In this document: positions 50,001-63,600 of the stretch, one piece after another
How the letters are laid out: each line of letters starts with the position of its first letter
Numbering within the stretch: the stretch's first letter is position 1
Assembly: GCF_018977255.1 (NCBI RefSeq)
Contig: NW_024704743.1
Span: 74,588,001 to 74,652,000, forward strand
Reading direction: 5' to 3'
From: Callorhinchus milii
Taxonomy: Eukaryota
Length of the DNA stretch: 64,000 bases
Notes under the pieces: generated by a model
The model's input: only the letters and a program-made list of their open reading frames with translations
Databases searched by the model: none
What the model was told of the DNA's origin: nothing
Program-made: the position numbers and the translations under genes

Positions 50001-53000
50001 GTACCTTATTTATAAAACATAGGATTCCATTAGCTTTTGTAAAATTTTTTATAGAACTTATAATTTTTTTTGTAAATCTTTGGTTACAACTGGAATTTTT
50101 AAAAAATGTTTGCACATTATATTTATGGTGTACAAAACGTAAGATGAACTGTACATGAGGTGGCATGATTTGGCATGTAGAAAGTTGAGCCTTGCAAAGT
50201 GGCTTGTGGATGGCCCAAGAACTGGTTCAGTTGTGGTGCAAGATTATGACTCTTGGATCCACTGTAGCATGCGCCCAAGTGGCTGTTATATGGCAGCATT
50301 TTGTCACAGTTCTTTGGTTTGGACTGACATTCTTAGCTTCATGTTGAAGACTGGTTAGTTCCCCTGCTGTGCTGCCATGGGCTGTAAGTGTAACTCCCAG
50401 CGGTGAATAAGATGCGCTGCCTTGCAAAGTTTAGTGAATTTTGCCATGATGAAGGAATCATCCCTCAAATCTCTTCCGCTTGCTTTTTTTTTTGCTCATT
50501 TTGTACTTTTTGATGAACATAAAAACAAGATTAGGCTATTCCACCCATCAAAACAGCTCTGTTTTATTAAATCTTTGCCTGAAAGCCCATAGGTTCTCTT
50601 CCCACATTTCCATGTTCCTATGCATGACCAGTATGTTAGCCTGGTTCAGAGTTAGCGCTCTCGCCTCAGACTCAGAATATTCAAGCCCCGTGTCGGGACT
50701 TGGAACACATAGAATTTAAACTGATACTTTAATGAGGTGCTGGAGGTGTGGCATTTTGGAGGCCTTGGAGGGGGTGCAGAGGAGGTTTACGAGAATGGTT
50801 CTGGGATGATGGGGTACAGTTATGAGGAGTCATTCGAGAAGGTGGGATTGAAGCAACCTCTTTGCTCTGTTAGCCAGAACAGGCTTGATGGGCCGAATGG
50901 CCTACTTCTGCACTGTTGCTTTCTATGTTTCTGTCAAAATGAGAAGTGCTATACCAAATGCAATAATTATTACTATTATTATGTGTTACTTATGGAGGAG
51001 ATCCTCATCAGAATGACTGTATTTTAGATGATTATAACTTTTCTAAGTACACAAAATCACTATGTGATAGTTTGGTTAAAGAGAATGAGCCTTTCATATT
51101 AGGGAAGTACAAAAGAGCCTGAGTCAAAATGTATACTATTTGATAGCTGAATGTATGCAGAAAAACATGTTACAATGTGCTCTTAATGAATTTTGTTCTT
51201 CCAAAGGAGCAAACTCTCCCTATTTGCCACAGGTAACAAGTTATGACTATGATGCTCCTCTGTCTGAAGCGGGAGACCCGACTGATAAGTACTTTGCCAT
51301 CAGGGAGGTAATACGAAAGGTAAGACGTGGTCACATCTACTAGTCACAGACGTAAATTCGCTAGGCAGGCAATGATTTTATTTTGTTCAGAATATAAACA
51401 AGTACCTATAGTAATCCTTACATTTAATATAGTGCCTTATCACGTCATTGAGGTGTCTCAAAGCGTTTCACAGAATATACTGTAAAGTAGAGGGATTGTG
51501 TATTTTGTGGGGGAAACGCGGCAGCTAATTTCGCGCAGCAGTGTCCCACAAACAGTCATGGTTTGAGTGACTAATTTTTTTCTCTCTGGCAAGGTAGTGA
51601 AGCGTTTCACTCTAAGGGAGTCATTTAATCTATTGCTCATGTTTGTAATCTGTTGCAATTGAAGGATGAAAGGTGATTTACATTCTTATTTTCTTTAAAT
51701 TAGTACAAAAAGGTACCAGCTGGCCCTGTCCTTCCAGCAACTCCTAAATTTGCATATGGGACTGTACTTGTTAAAAAGGTAATCCAATTTTATAACTTGA
51801 TTTGTATAAAGTTGTGTTTTTTTTACTCAGGTGCTAGATATGATATGGCAAACAAGGAAGGAGTTTTAGCTTTCTTGTGAAACAGTGTACCGGGGAGAAA
51901 ACACATGTGGTAAACTTCTACTAATTCCCAAAGGATACTTATTTTATTAGAACAGTATGGTCCTTATTGTAATGCAAATGCACTAACATTACAGTACTTA
52001 TTAAATATAATTCCCCTGCCCTCTTCATATTATAATATTGAAATAAGTGATTTAGCTTTGCTTTGCATCTGCTGCCTTGTCCCATTCTAGTTCACTCTGT
52101 TGATCCCATCTTTTTTTTGCCTACTTTGGTAAAGATTTAAGACGGGCCTGATGGTTGCCCATTCTCGTCACCCTGCAATCTGCATATCTTCTTTTTTTTC
52201 TTTTAACTTTTAAAAAGGGAATCTATCTGATTCCTTTTTTAAATAATTGATGGACTTTGCCTCAAGAAAAGAGTTGTTTATCTCATTCACCCTTCCTCAC
52301 CGAGTTCTGCTCCTTACATACCTGCCCTCTATTTCCCTCTCAGCTCAGAGACAATAGGTTAGTTAATGCTGCCAGAAGGTTATTTACCGGGCTCTGAGAC
52401 GTTATCCTAAATGACGGGTGCTTTATAAATGCAAGTTGTTGTTGTTGTTGTTACTTTTCATAGATGTTTATATGAAATCTTGTAACTGGCCAATTGGCTT
52501 GAATGCACATGCCTTGTTACATGTTTGAAAGATTTTAACTTTATACATTTTGTCATGTTATGTAAGAAGATGCTTGTTTTGAATGAACTCTCCTAAGGTT
52601 GTAGTGTGAATCTTCACAATAAATTTGATGTTTGAAATGAAAAGGCAAAACGTACACTGTGTGAAGTACTGGATCACTAACCTGAACTATTTTACAGTTA
52701 CAGAGTGTTACTGAATTGGTTGAATTGCTGTCCTTTTCTGGCCCAGTCAAGTCCCATTACCCATTGACCTTTGTTGAAATGCAGCAGGTGAGACCCTTTG
52801 GTAGTGTCCAGAAGTAGGGATGTGATAGCATTCTCACCTCAGAGTCAGAAGTTTGTGAGCTGAAGGCCCATGACAGTACTTTGAACTTGCATATTCTAAG
52901 CTTAAACTACAGTGCATTGCCGGGGATGTGCTGCATTGACAAAGGCGCTATCATTTCATTCTAGAAAGCTAAGTTATGTATCTCTTCATATTTTTAGACT

Positions 53001-56000
53001 ATAACATAAATGCAAAATTTTATGCAACTGATTTTATTCTGCTTTTTCTTATTCAAAGTCTTTTGGCTTTATGCTTTACCGAAATGCACTGCCAAGAAAC
53101 TGCAGTGATCCCTGCCCCCTCTCCTCACCATTGAATGGAGTCCATGACAGAGCATATGTGACGGTGGATCAGGTAAGATAATGAGAAAGCTTGTGTTACA
53201 GTGAATTGGGTGAGGTGATGATGAGTGTATGTGATGGTAGATCAGGTGAGGGTATGACAGAGGCTGTGTTACAGTAGATGGGGTGAGGGTATGACAGAGG
53301 TTGTGTCACTGTGGATTGGGGAAGAATGTAAATGTAAAATCTGGCTTTCGGGGTTACTTGATGGCAGAAGCAGCCAATTGGTACAGTCGATCACTCAGAA
53401 CTGAGGTGATGTGCCTTTTGCAATTTTTCCTTTCTTTTCTGTAACTGTACAACAATACAACAGTAACCTACAATGCTATGGTGATATGACCATAAATGTC
53501 ATGGATCAGCTTAGCTCAGCTGGTAGAATATTCATCTTTGGGTCTGAAGGTTGTGGCTTCACTTCAGGATTTTAAGACCCAGGTTTAGACTAACTCTCTA
53601 GCCTGACCCCGATCATTTGATGGTAGCACTGTTGCCTGTGGGTGAGAAGGTTCTGGGTGAAGCTCCACATTTTAGACAAGTCAGTTACAGATCGCCTGAA
53701 ACCATTAACTTCAGCTTCCTTAGCTTAACATGAATGGTAGAAAGGTACAACTGTACGGTAGAAAAGGTAGCATAAGAGCATTGGTTTATTTTCTTTCCTT
53801 TGATTCATCTATCTCCATGCTAATGCATTGCACCCCCAAAAAATCACAAGTGAATAGGCAGATTTAGATTTATAGAGTCCACTGTGGACTTCTCTAGATG
53901 TCCACTATTCTGATTTGAATATCTTTTAATAAATAGTGCAGTTTCTCTGAATTTGTGACCCAACGCTTCCTCTGTTTAGATTGTATCTGATTTTGTCTTT
54001 GCTATTTTTAATGTGACACTAAACACTGAAATTAACAGTGGAAAGAGATGGGGGTGTGGGGGAGCAAGGGGAGGGCCAATGAACAGCCAAATAAGAAAAC
54101 AAGCTTCCACTCGCTCAATGGAGTTGAAAGAAAGCATTGAAAGAGAAAGATCAATCTTTCTCAGAATTATAGAATATGAGCACAGAAAAAAAGTCTCTTC
54201 CAGACAAGTCTGAGATGAGCTCAGTTAAGACAGCGTTCTGCATCCTGTTCTGAAACACTGCAACCCTTTTGATGACGGACTCAAAGGTGCTGGGGGCAAC
54301 TCAGTGTGGCTTTGAGCCCAACATTTACAATAATAATAATCCATGTATTTTGTGTGGTGCCTTATCATGCTGTTGAAACATCTCACAGGGTTTCGCAGGA
54401 TTTAACTGCAAGGTGTAGGGACTGTATTTTGTAGGATAACCCAGCAACCAATTTGCACACAGCAATTTCCACAAAGGGCCACAAAGTGACTGACTAATTC
54501 TATTTGGAGGATTGTTGGCCAGCATTTTGGGAGACAGAAACTCTTCTCTTTTTGAATAGCATTGGGGAACCCCTGAACAGACAGACAGAACTTCAGTTTA
54601 GCCTATTAGTTTAGAGCTGGATGCCTCTTTGGGAAAACAAAACAGCCTGTTGATTTTTAGTTGCTGTAAGGTGTGCATTTTGAAATTGGTATAAGTAATA
54701 TCACAGCTGCTGTTATTATTCTGTATAAATCTCCAACGTATTAGGAATATTTATTATTGGACTCTTCAATTTGTGTTGTGTCAAAAAGAATTTCTGTTTT
54801 TTTCCATTTTTGTATAATTAGGTTTTCCAAGGGATACTGGAGAGAAATAAAATCATCTCGATTAACATTACTGGCCGCGCCGGAGCACAGCTTGACCTAT
54901 TGGTGGAAAACACGGGCAGGATTAATCATGGCAAAGACATCAATGATGCTAAGGTCAGCATCTATCAAGCATTTACAGGCTGGGATTTCTGGGATCCTGT
55001 ATGGTATGTTAGGTGCTCTGGAAATCGTAGGATTCATTGGAGAGAATCCCAGGATTTCAGGATTGTATACAGGCCAAGCCCAGGGGGAAGGCGAAGGCGG
55101 GCCGCTTTCCGCACACTTTGCCATTAGGATGAACAGGTGCTTACCTCATCCAAGAGCCTGCAGTCATTCACTCCGTTAGTATGGAGAACCATCACAGGTG
55201 TCCTGGATAAGGTAAAATTTGTCATCCAGGGATTTGGGGATTTAATAATAATAATAATCCTTGCATTTTGATACAGTGCTTTTTACGTCTTCTCGACGTC
55301 TCAAAGCGCTTCACAGAATAGACTGTAAAGTGAATTGACCGTATATTTGTGGGCTAAACGCAAATCCTGGGATCGCAACGCCAAGTTGCTATCTGCTATT
55401 CTACGTGTTTATTCAAGAGTTCAAAACCCATCATATAGGAACAAAGATATTCAGTATGATGATCTCAGATGACAGTAGCTCAGTAATAATGTACAGCTCT
55501 ATAGATGACAATAGCTCAGTAATAATGCACCCATTTCTGACAGATTATGGACATGAGTCTCTGTGTTATTTCTCCACAGGGTCTAGTAACAAACCTAACT
55601 CTGGCTTCTGATATTCTCACCGATTGGACTATCTTCTCCTTGAACATTGATGAAGTTGTGGCAACTGGCCATTTAAACAAACTCCAGAGGCCTCAGAGTC
55701 CCATGTATACACCAGCTACTACAGTGCCTTCCTTTTACGTGGGCGCCTTTCAAATTCCAAGTGGAATCCCTTACATGCCTCAAGACACGTATCTCAAATT
55801 TCAAGGATGGTCCAAGGTAGGCACAATTACAATCAAACATCAAAAGATTGTGCAAATGATCATTCAAGTAAACAGGGCTGAACAAGGTTTGATAAGTACT
55901 GCAATATAAATCATTTCAGGAGTCAGGAGTTGCTATTTACGATTCCTGCTGTATCACATCTTTGACTCTCTCCGCACCCCCCATCAAAAAAAATAATAAT

Positions 56001-59000
56001 TTGGTCATTCAAACCGTGACTGTTTGTGTGACACTGCTGTGCGCAATTGGCTGCCACGTTTCACCCACAAAATACACAGTCAATCCACTTTACAATATAT
56101 TCTGTGAAGCACTTTGAGATGTCTCAATGACATGATAAGTCATTATAACACAAGTAAGGATTATTATTATTCCTACTGGTAGAAGCCTATATTCCCAATT
56201 CTGTTCAATAAGTATACAGGTACTTTGTAAATGTTCAGCACATTCAGTTTGACGGTTAAAATGCCTGAAAGTTATACTGTGCAGTCCGTGTACCTATAAA
56301 CCGATTATTATACCCCGTGACTTGGAGGACTATCTGTTTGATGTGTGCTATAGGAATTACTGTAACAGTAATTACTGTTGCTCCTCTGCATAGATAAATA
56401 AATAATTCTTGCAGTTGATACTGTGCTTTCACGTCTGGAGGATGTCTCAAAGTGCTTCACAGGATTTAATATGAAGCTCTCCAAGATACTACCCTGTGTG
56501 AAGGGTACTATGTCGGTAGAAGCTGTTAAAGTGTAATGAGTGTGTACTTTGTAGGTGAACGCAGCAGCCAATTTACACATGGCAATGCCCCACAAACAGC
56601 CAAGATGTGAATGACCAATTTTATCTCAAGGATTGTTGGCCAGGACACTGGGAGAAATTCCCTTCTAGGTGGTATCCTTCTCAACTCCATACAGATAAAG
56701 AAGTTGTTTGGGATCTCAGTGCTTCTGTTGACCCTTAAATCACACGTGCTGATAACAAGATAGTGACTAACAACAAATTGGTCTTAAATTGGGAAAAGTT
56801 CTACCTGGGTTTACATTTAATCTATGTAGCATTTTTAGAACATTCAAAATTTGTTAAATTCTTAAATACAGCCTTAATTTTGAAGATGGTTTTCTGTAAG
56901 GACTCCAAAGTTAAACCTGAAATTGGAATTCAACAATTTGGTCAATTCTGGATGCTCTGAGGTCTACATAAATAGGGTAAGTCCAGACCCAGGTGGAATT
57001 CCTCCTCAATAGAGTGCCACATTGACACTGTGGTACAGAAACAGCTACACTCCAACCATGTAGCTAGAGCATGGTGACAGTCAGTGGAGCATGGTGGTAG
57101 TCAGTGGAGCATGGTGATAGTCAGTAGAGCATGGTGTTAGTCAGTGGAGCATGGTGGTAGTCAGTGGAGCATTGCAGGGGAAGAGTGGATCTACGTTCAC
57201 TGTGAAAAGGGTGTTGTCATTCTGATGAGATGTTAAACTGAGGTCTCATCTGCTTGTTCAGGTGGATATTGTAGGAAAAGTTGAAGGGAGTCGCTCTCTA
57301 TACCGTGACCAGCAAGTCCCCAAATAAGATTGGTTACTCACTTCAAGACTGTTTGTAGGACATTGCTGTGTGCAAATTGGCTGCCACATTCGCCTACAGA
57401 ATACCTACTCACTCCACTTTACAGGAAATCCTGTGAAGCACTTTGAGATAAAGTTCTGTACAAGGATTATTGTTACACTGACTAAAGTGCTTTGAGCGGT
57501 TTCAGCATTATAGGCACTATAAACGTTTTGCATAGTTGAAGCATGCGTTTGAGAGACCTAATGAAAACATGTTTTTCACAAATGTGAGTGACAATAAAGT
57601 AACGACCAGATCTCAGTCACGTTACTTCCTGAGTTGGTCACATCTCACACTGACAATGAGATGTAAAGATTCAAACAAATTAATAATTTAACAGTTGTAA
57701 GCCATTTTTAGATTTTCTGTCTTACAAGCAAGACAGTCTGTGTTTAAACATTTGGTTTATTTTTAAAAATAAATTGCTTTAGAAAATGAGTATTAACTTT
57801 TATCTAAGCAAGTATTTTGTGCCAACATCAGTTGGAAAACTTTTTAAACCAATAGATGTTATCGTAGGTACACCTTCAAGGTGTTATGATAAATAGAGGT
57901 TTTACTTATTCTCTTAGCTTTGATAAAAGTTGTGGCATTTAGTTAAGTAGTATCTGGAATAGATGTATTAGTCATGTTCTCTTCGCATCCTGCGTTGGCG
58001 GCTTTACATCTTTGTTATTGCATTCCTACTCGCTGCAAATGATATAAAAACAAATCTTGAGTCAAAAATTTGCCCCTGGATCAAAATTTTTTAGGTTTAA
58101 GCCCAGGTTAATACAGCCTCTCATGATCTATATCGTCTTGCCCCTTTAGAATCTGAAAGACAGCAATCATGTCGCCTCTCAATCTTCTCTTTTCCAGCGT
58201 GAACATGCCTGATTTACTTAGTTGCTCCTCATAGTCCAGTCCTTCCATTCCCTCAATCATTTTGGTTGCCTTCCTCTGTATCTTCCTGATTTCTCCAATA
58301 TCCTTTAGGTACTGCGACAACCAGAAGTATGGTCTCACCAATGATTTATACAGTGGCAGGATTATCCCACTATTTCAGTTTGCTATTGATCTTTTGATAC
58401 ATCCCAACATCTGGTTTGCTTTTCTCACTGCCACAGAGCATTGTTAGGAGAGCTTCAATTTATTATCAATCAGGGCCCTCAGGTCCTTTTCATTTTCCAT
58501 ATATATTATTTTCCTTCCATTCAAATAATAGTTCCAGGATTTTTGTCCCCATGTGAAGTACTTTACATTTCTCCACGATGAATTTCATCTGACACTGATC
58601 TGCCCAATTCCCAAGTATGTTCAAATCCTCCTGTAACCTATCTTGTTCAGCTTTGCAATCTGAATTTAAAGATCCCATGGCACTATTTGAAAAGAATCCT
58701 AGCCTCCAGATAAATGTGTCACTTACTTCATTAATTGTTTGTGAGATCTTACTATGTGCAAAATAATAAGAATAGGCCTTTCATTTGATATAGTGCCTTA
58801 TCACGTCTTTGAGACGTCTCAAAGTACTTCTCAGAATATACTGTAAAGTGAATTGACTGTAAAGTGAAATGCTGAAATGTGGCAGCCAATTCTAAAGTCT
58901 GATAGATGGTGGTGTATTTCTTACTAATCCATTGGAACTCAGTGCCTCGGTAAGGCTGTTTTTCAGGGAAACAAATTTATGTGAAAATGTAGAAAAAAAC

Positions 59001-60599
59001 CAAGAATAATTAAATGCATAATTCTGAATGCATTTCCATTTTTAAAAAATAAGTTGTATTGCTGAAAGTACAGTATGAGATGTCTTGTTAAATACTTGTG
59101 TAAATTTTGTATTCTGAAATTAAATCTTGTAATCTTTGATACTTTGTTTTATTAGTTAGACATCTATTTTTGATAACCTTTCATGCTCAAGAAACATTTA
59201 CAAATGTTTTTGCATTGATTATGTAAAACAAGAGCAAACATTGAGAGGCTTTTTAAAAAATATATAGGTTATTTACTTTTGTATGTGATCTTACCTCATG
59301 TCCTTAATCACATAACTTGCTGATTTACATTAGATGTTTACAGTGGGACCACGTACTTTGGTTAAGAGGAAGCTCTACACAGGGGAATGGTGGGATACTC
59401 TGATATTCAGGATAGATCAATTGAACCAACTTTGTATCCCACTGTTCTCCAGTACATTCTATTACTATAAGCGTTGGATAATTCTGCCTTTAATACAAAT
59501 TTTAGTTTGAAATAGGTTATTTCAAAAATGCTTCTAATATCACGTTGTCATGTGAGCTGCCTGCTAGCTTCTCAGACTGCTACCTGCCATCTTGAACAAA
59601 AGCATTGAGCATTGTATTTGCAAGACTATGTGGTCCTAATTCTATATGGTTAAGTCACATAATACTTTCTTGAATTAGTTAAATAGGATGCGAATATTTG
59701 CACAAGATCAGATTATGTAAAAAGCAGTTCTTTTGTCAACAGAAAGATGTTATGTTTTTTCTTCGCAACTTGAAAATGTATCAAAAGAAACATTTGCGTA
59801 TCCCAAACATTTTAGTTTCAGGAGTTTTTTGTATAAATCATCTTGCTGCTCATCAAGCTGAAGTATCTCAGTGCCTGATTATAGAATACTGTATAGTGGT
59901 GTTAGAAAATAAAATCAGCCAAATCTGTAAGGAAATAACACTAATTCCTCTAACCAGATATCAGACTGTTTTATTATTGGAGTCCTGTAGCTCAGTGGTT
60001 AGAGCACTCGCTTTGCAAGTGAGAGACCTGAGTTCAATTCCAGGCAGAGGGCGAAACCTTGGGCAAGTTTCCTTACTCCACACAGAGCCTAATAATAGTC
60101 CCTCCAAAACAAAACAATAATAAATTGGTCATTTTCAATCCACGACTGTTTGTGGGACATTGCTGTGCGCAATTGGCTGCCGCGTTCGCCCACAAATATA
60201 CAGTCAATTCACTTTACAGTGTGTTCTGTGAAGCGCTTTGGGACGTCCTCCTGACATGAAAAGCGCTATATCAAATGCAAGGATTATTATTGTGGAGTCC
60301 TGTAGCTCAGTGGTTAGAGCACTCGCTTTGCAAGCGAGAGACCTGAGTTCAATTCCAGGCAGAGGGCGAAACCTTGGGCAAGTTTCCTTACTCCACACAG
60401 AGCCTAATAATAATCCCTCCAAAACCCAAAACAATAATAAATTGGTCATTTTCAATCTACGACTGTTTGTGGGACATTGCTGTGCGCAATTGGCTGCCGC
60501 GTTCGCCCACAAATATACAGTCAATTCACTTTACAGTGTGTTCTGTGAAGCGCTTTGGGACGTCCTCCCGACGTGAAAAGCGCTATATCAAATGCAAGG

Positions 60600-60633
<34 letters not shown>

Positions 60634-63600
60634 GTTCGTTATTCCCCAATATCCCGATGGGTCAGACCAAAGGCCGGTACTATCAACAGATCTTATAACA
60701 GAATAACACCACTATAGATATCTCGAGTTCAAGAGTTCAACACTGTGTCTTTCCAGCACACAAGCTTGATTCTTCATGCTTTCAGTCTTCTTGCTTACAG
60801 CTTTCAATCTTCCATCTGATATCCTCAGTCTTAGTGTTTCCAGCTCTCAGTCTTCCATCTCCGTACCCTTGTCTCCACAGCCCGGGATGGCCCCATCTCC
60901 CGTACCCTTGTCTCCACAGCCCAAGACGGCTCCATCTCCTGTATCCTTGTCTCCGCAACCCGGGACGGCACCGTACACAAAGTTAACGGAACTCTTATAC
61001 CAATCACCCGGTCGAAATCATGCTGGGTTCACGTGAACACCTCATGGGGTGTACGTGCCTCAGCGCACATACACATTGTCCTTAAGACCCCTGTTATCTG
61101 ATGCTTGTTATTTTGTGGTGTGGGATCATTAGTACATTCCTTTTAAGTGACTGGTTATTTCTTATCAGTATCCCGGGATGGTACCAAGGCCCTCTAGTTT
61201 AAGTAACTTGCTCATTAATTGCTATTCTTGAGGGTTGCCTTCTGTTGCTTGGCAGTCCCTGTCAGAATCTAGCGACTTATTGCTCAGTCGAGATCCTGTG
61301 TCGACCGGTACCTTGGACCGTTACCTCTGTGGGCTTGTTGTCATTTACTGATAAGAGGTGACCCCCTGCCCCTGTCTGTTATTCTTTCAAAAACAGAGAA
61401 AACCAGATGTGTCCTATCCCATGACTGTCAGTCCAGTTGTCCCCCACACTTAACTTAAAAGTTAACCCATTCACAACATCTATTATAATTCTAGCAGTAT
61501 ACAAAAAGTGTAAATTCTAACAGTGGTGTAAATTGAGTAGCTCCTCAACAGATTAAATGTGTTAATACATTGAAATTCATGAAGAAACCTTTACTAATAA
61601 TGATAATAAAAATAATAATAATCCTTGTACACGGCCATATTCCACAAACAGACCATTTTATTTGGGGGATTTTTGGCCAGGACACCAGGAGAAACACAGT
61701 TTTCAAATAGTGCCATAGGAACATTATCATTCACTTGAACAAGGAGTTGGGACCTTCATTTAATGTCTCATCCGGAGGATGGCACCTCCTACAATGGAGT
61801 GTTCCCCCAGCACTGTATTGAAGCCATCTCACTGTATAAGCTCAGCAGTTGGAAATCCCAACAACTATAGCAATAACCTGCATTTAAGCGGGTAGTATCT
61901 CAGAACTCTTAGATCCCACAGAGCTTGCAGGTTTGAACAGATTCAAGAGATATTTAGAAACTATTTGGTGAAGAATTCAGTCCAAGATTATGAGAGAGAG
62001 CGAGTAGTATAGTGTATTAGTTTAAAGTTATTTTTGAATTTCCTCTGTAGCAAGCCAATGCTCATTTCCAGCTTGTACATTTCTAAGTTCCTGTGTTAAT
62101 TGCAATAGACAGTGTGAAATGAGTTCTGACCCAGAAAATAAAACAAGTAGAGATGAAAGAACACTACATCTAGAAAATATATTTGTCATCTCTGGGGATA
62201 AAAATCATTTTGAGAAAGAAGCTAACATATTAAAGCTTATTCTTGACACATAATGAATTACATGCACTCTTGATATCACCTGGAGTCAGCAGCTCTGGTA
62301 CAGCAGCACCTGGAGTCAAGAGTATAGCTTCCTGTTATCCTCAGGTGACCGACATCAATTCATTTAATAATTGTTAATAGTAATATTTAGTTATCTGACC
62401 CAAATGGTGAAGAAATACACATTTGAATGCATGCGGGGCGGGGAGGGAGTTTTAGAAGGCAGCTTTGTTTAGTAGGTAATGTTATAATAATCCTTTCATT
62501 TGATACAGCGCCTTTCATGTCAAGAAGACAAATCAAAATAATAATAATAATAATAATCCTTGCATTTGATATAGCGCTTTTCACGTCTTCTAGATGTCTC
62601 AAAGCGCTTCACAGAATATACTGTAAAGTGAATTGACCATATATTCGTGGGCGAAACGCAGCAGACAATTGCGCACAGCAGTGCCCCACAAACAGTCGTT
62701 GATTGAAAATGACCAATTTATTATTGTTTTGTTTTGGAGGGATTATTATTAGGCGTGTGGAGTAAGGAAACTTGCCCAAGGTTTTGGACTGCCTGGAATT
62801 GAACCCAGGTATCTCGCTTGCAAGGCGAATGCTCTAACCACTGAGCTACAGTGCTTCAAAGTGCTTCACAGGGTATTCTACAAAGTGGAGTCAATGATTT
62901 TGCAGGCAAATATGTCAGCCAGCAATGCAATGTCCCAGAAACAGCCATAAAGTGAATGACCAAGTTTTATTTAGTTGGCCACGGCACCGGGAGAAACTCC
63001 CTTCTCTTTTCAAATAGTGCCATGGGATTGTTAACGTCCACCTGAACAGACAAAAAAAACACAATTTAAAGTCTCATCCAGTGGACTGCATCTCCCAACA
63101 ATGCAGCGCATCCCCAGCATTGCATTGGGGTGTCAGCTTACACAAGATGAGTTCCAAGACAAGGGGCTTAAACTCACAACCTTCTAACTAGAGGCGAGAC
63201 GGCTACCAACTGAGTCAGGCCATGATATTCCCTCAGTGTTTCTCTTGCAGTCAGACAGTGTTATTTGAGTGTTAAAGTTGAATCGGGCGAGCTCCAGTAC
63301 ATGAACGATATGAAAGAAGCCTTGTGAAGCTGTGGTAAATTCATTTGTGATGTTTGTGGTATAATGTTGAGTCCTCTACTGTGGTGCAGCCTAATCATTA
63401 GTCATACATTGAATACTTTAGTCACCTCATTTCCTTTCTTCTTCCAGGGTCAGGTGTGGATCAATGGGTTTAATTTGGGTCGCTACTGGCCAACCAAAGG
63501 CCCACAATTGACCTTGTACGTTCCTGCTCACATTCTTACGACATCTGTGCCGAACAACATCACGGTGCTCGAGCTGGAAAGAGCACCTTGTGGAGAAGAG

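Noticed and set aside
60293..60370. tRNA-Ala(TGC) gene (also at about 36703, 40793, 59979 and 62780)
   Set aside because: The D and anticodon arms are present, but there is no proper acceptor stem and each copy continues into the same SINE body and tail. These are SINE heads.
59890..61478. Possible solo LTR interrupted by the SINE dimer
   Set aside because: TG…CA-like ends and a minus-strand AATAAA are present, but I could not find a matching TSD, PBS/PPT or second copy.
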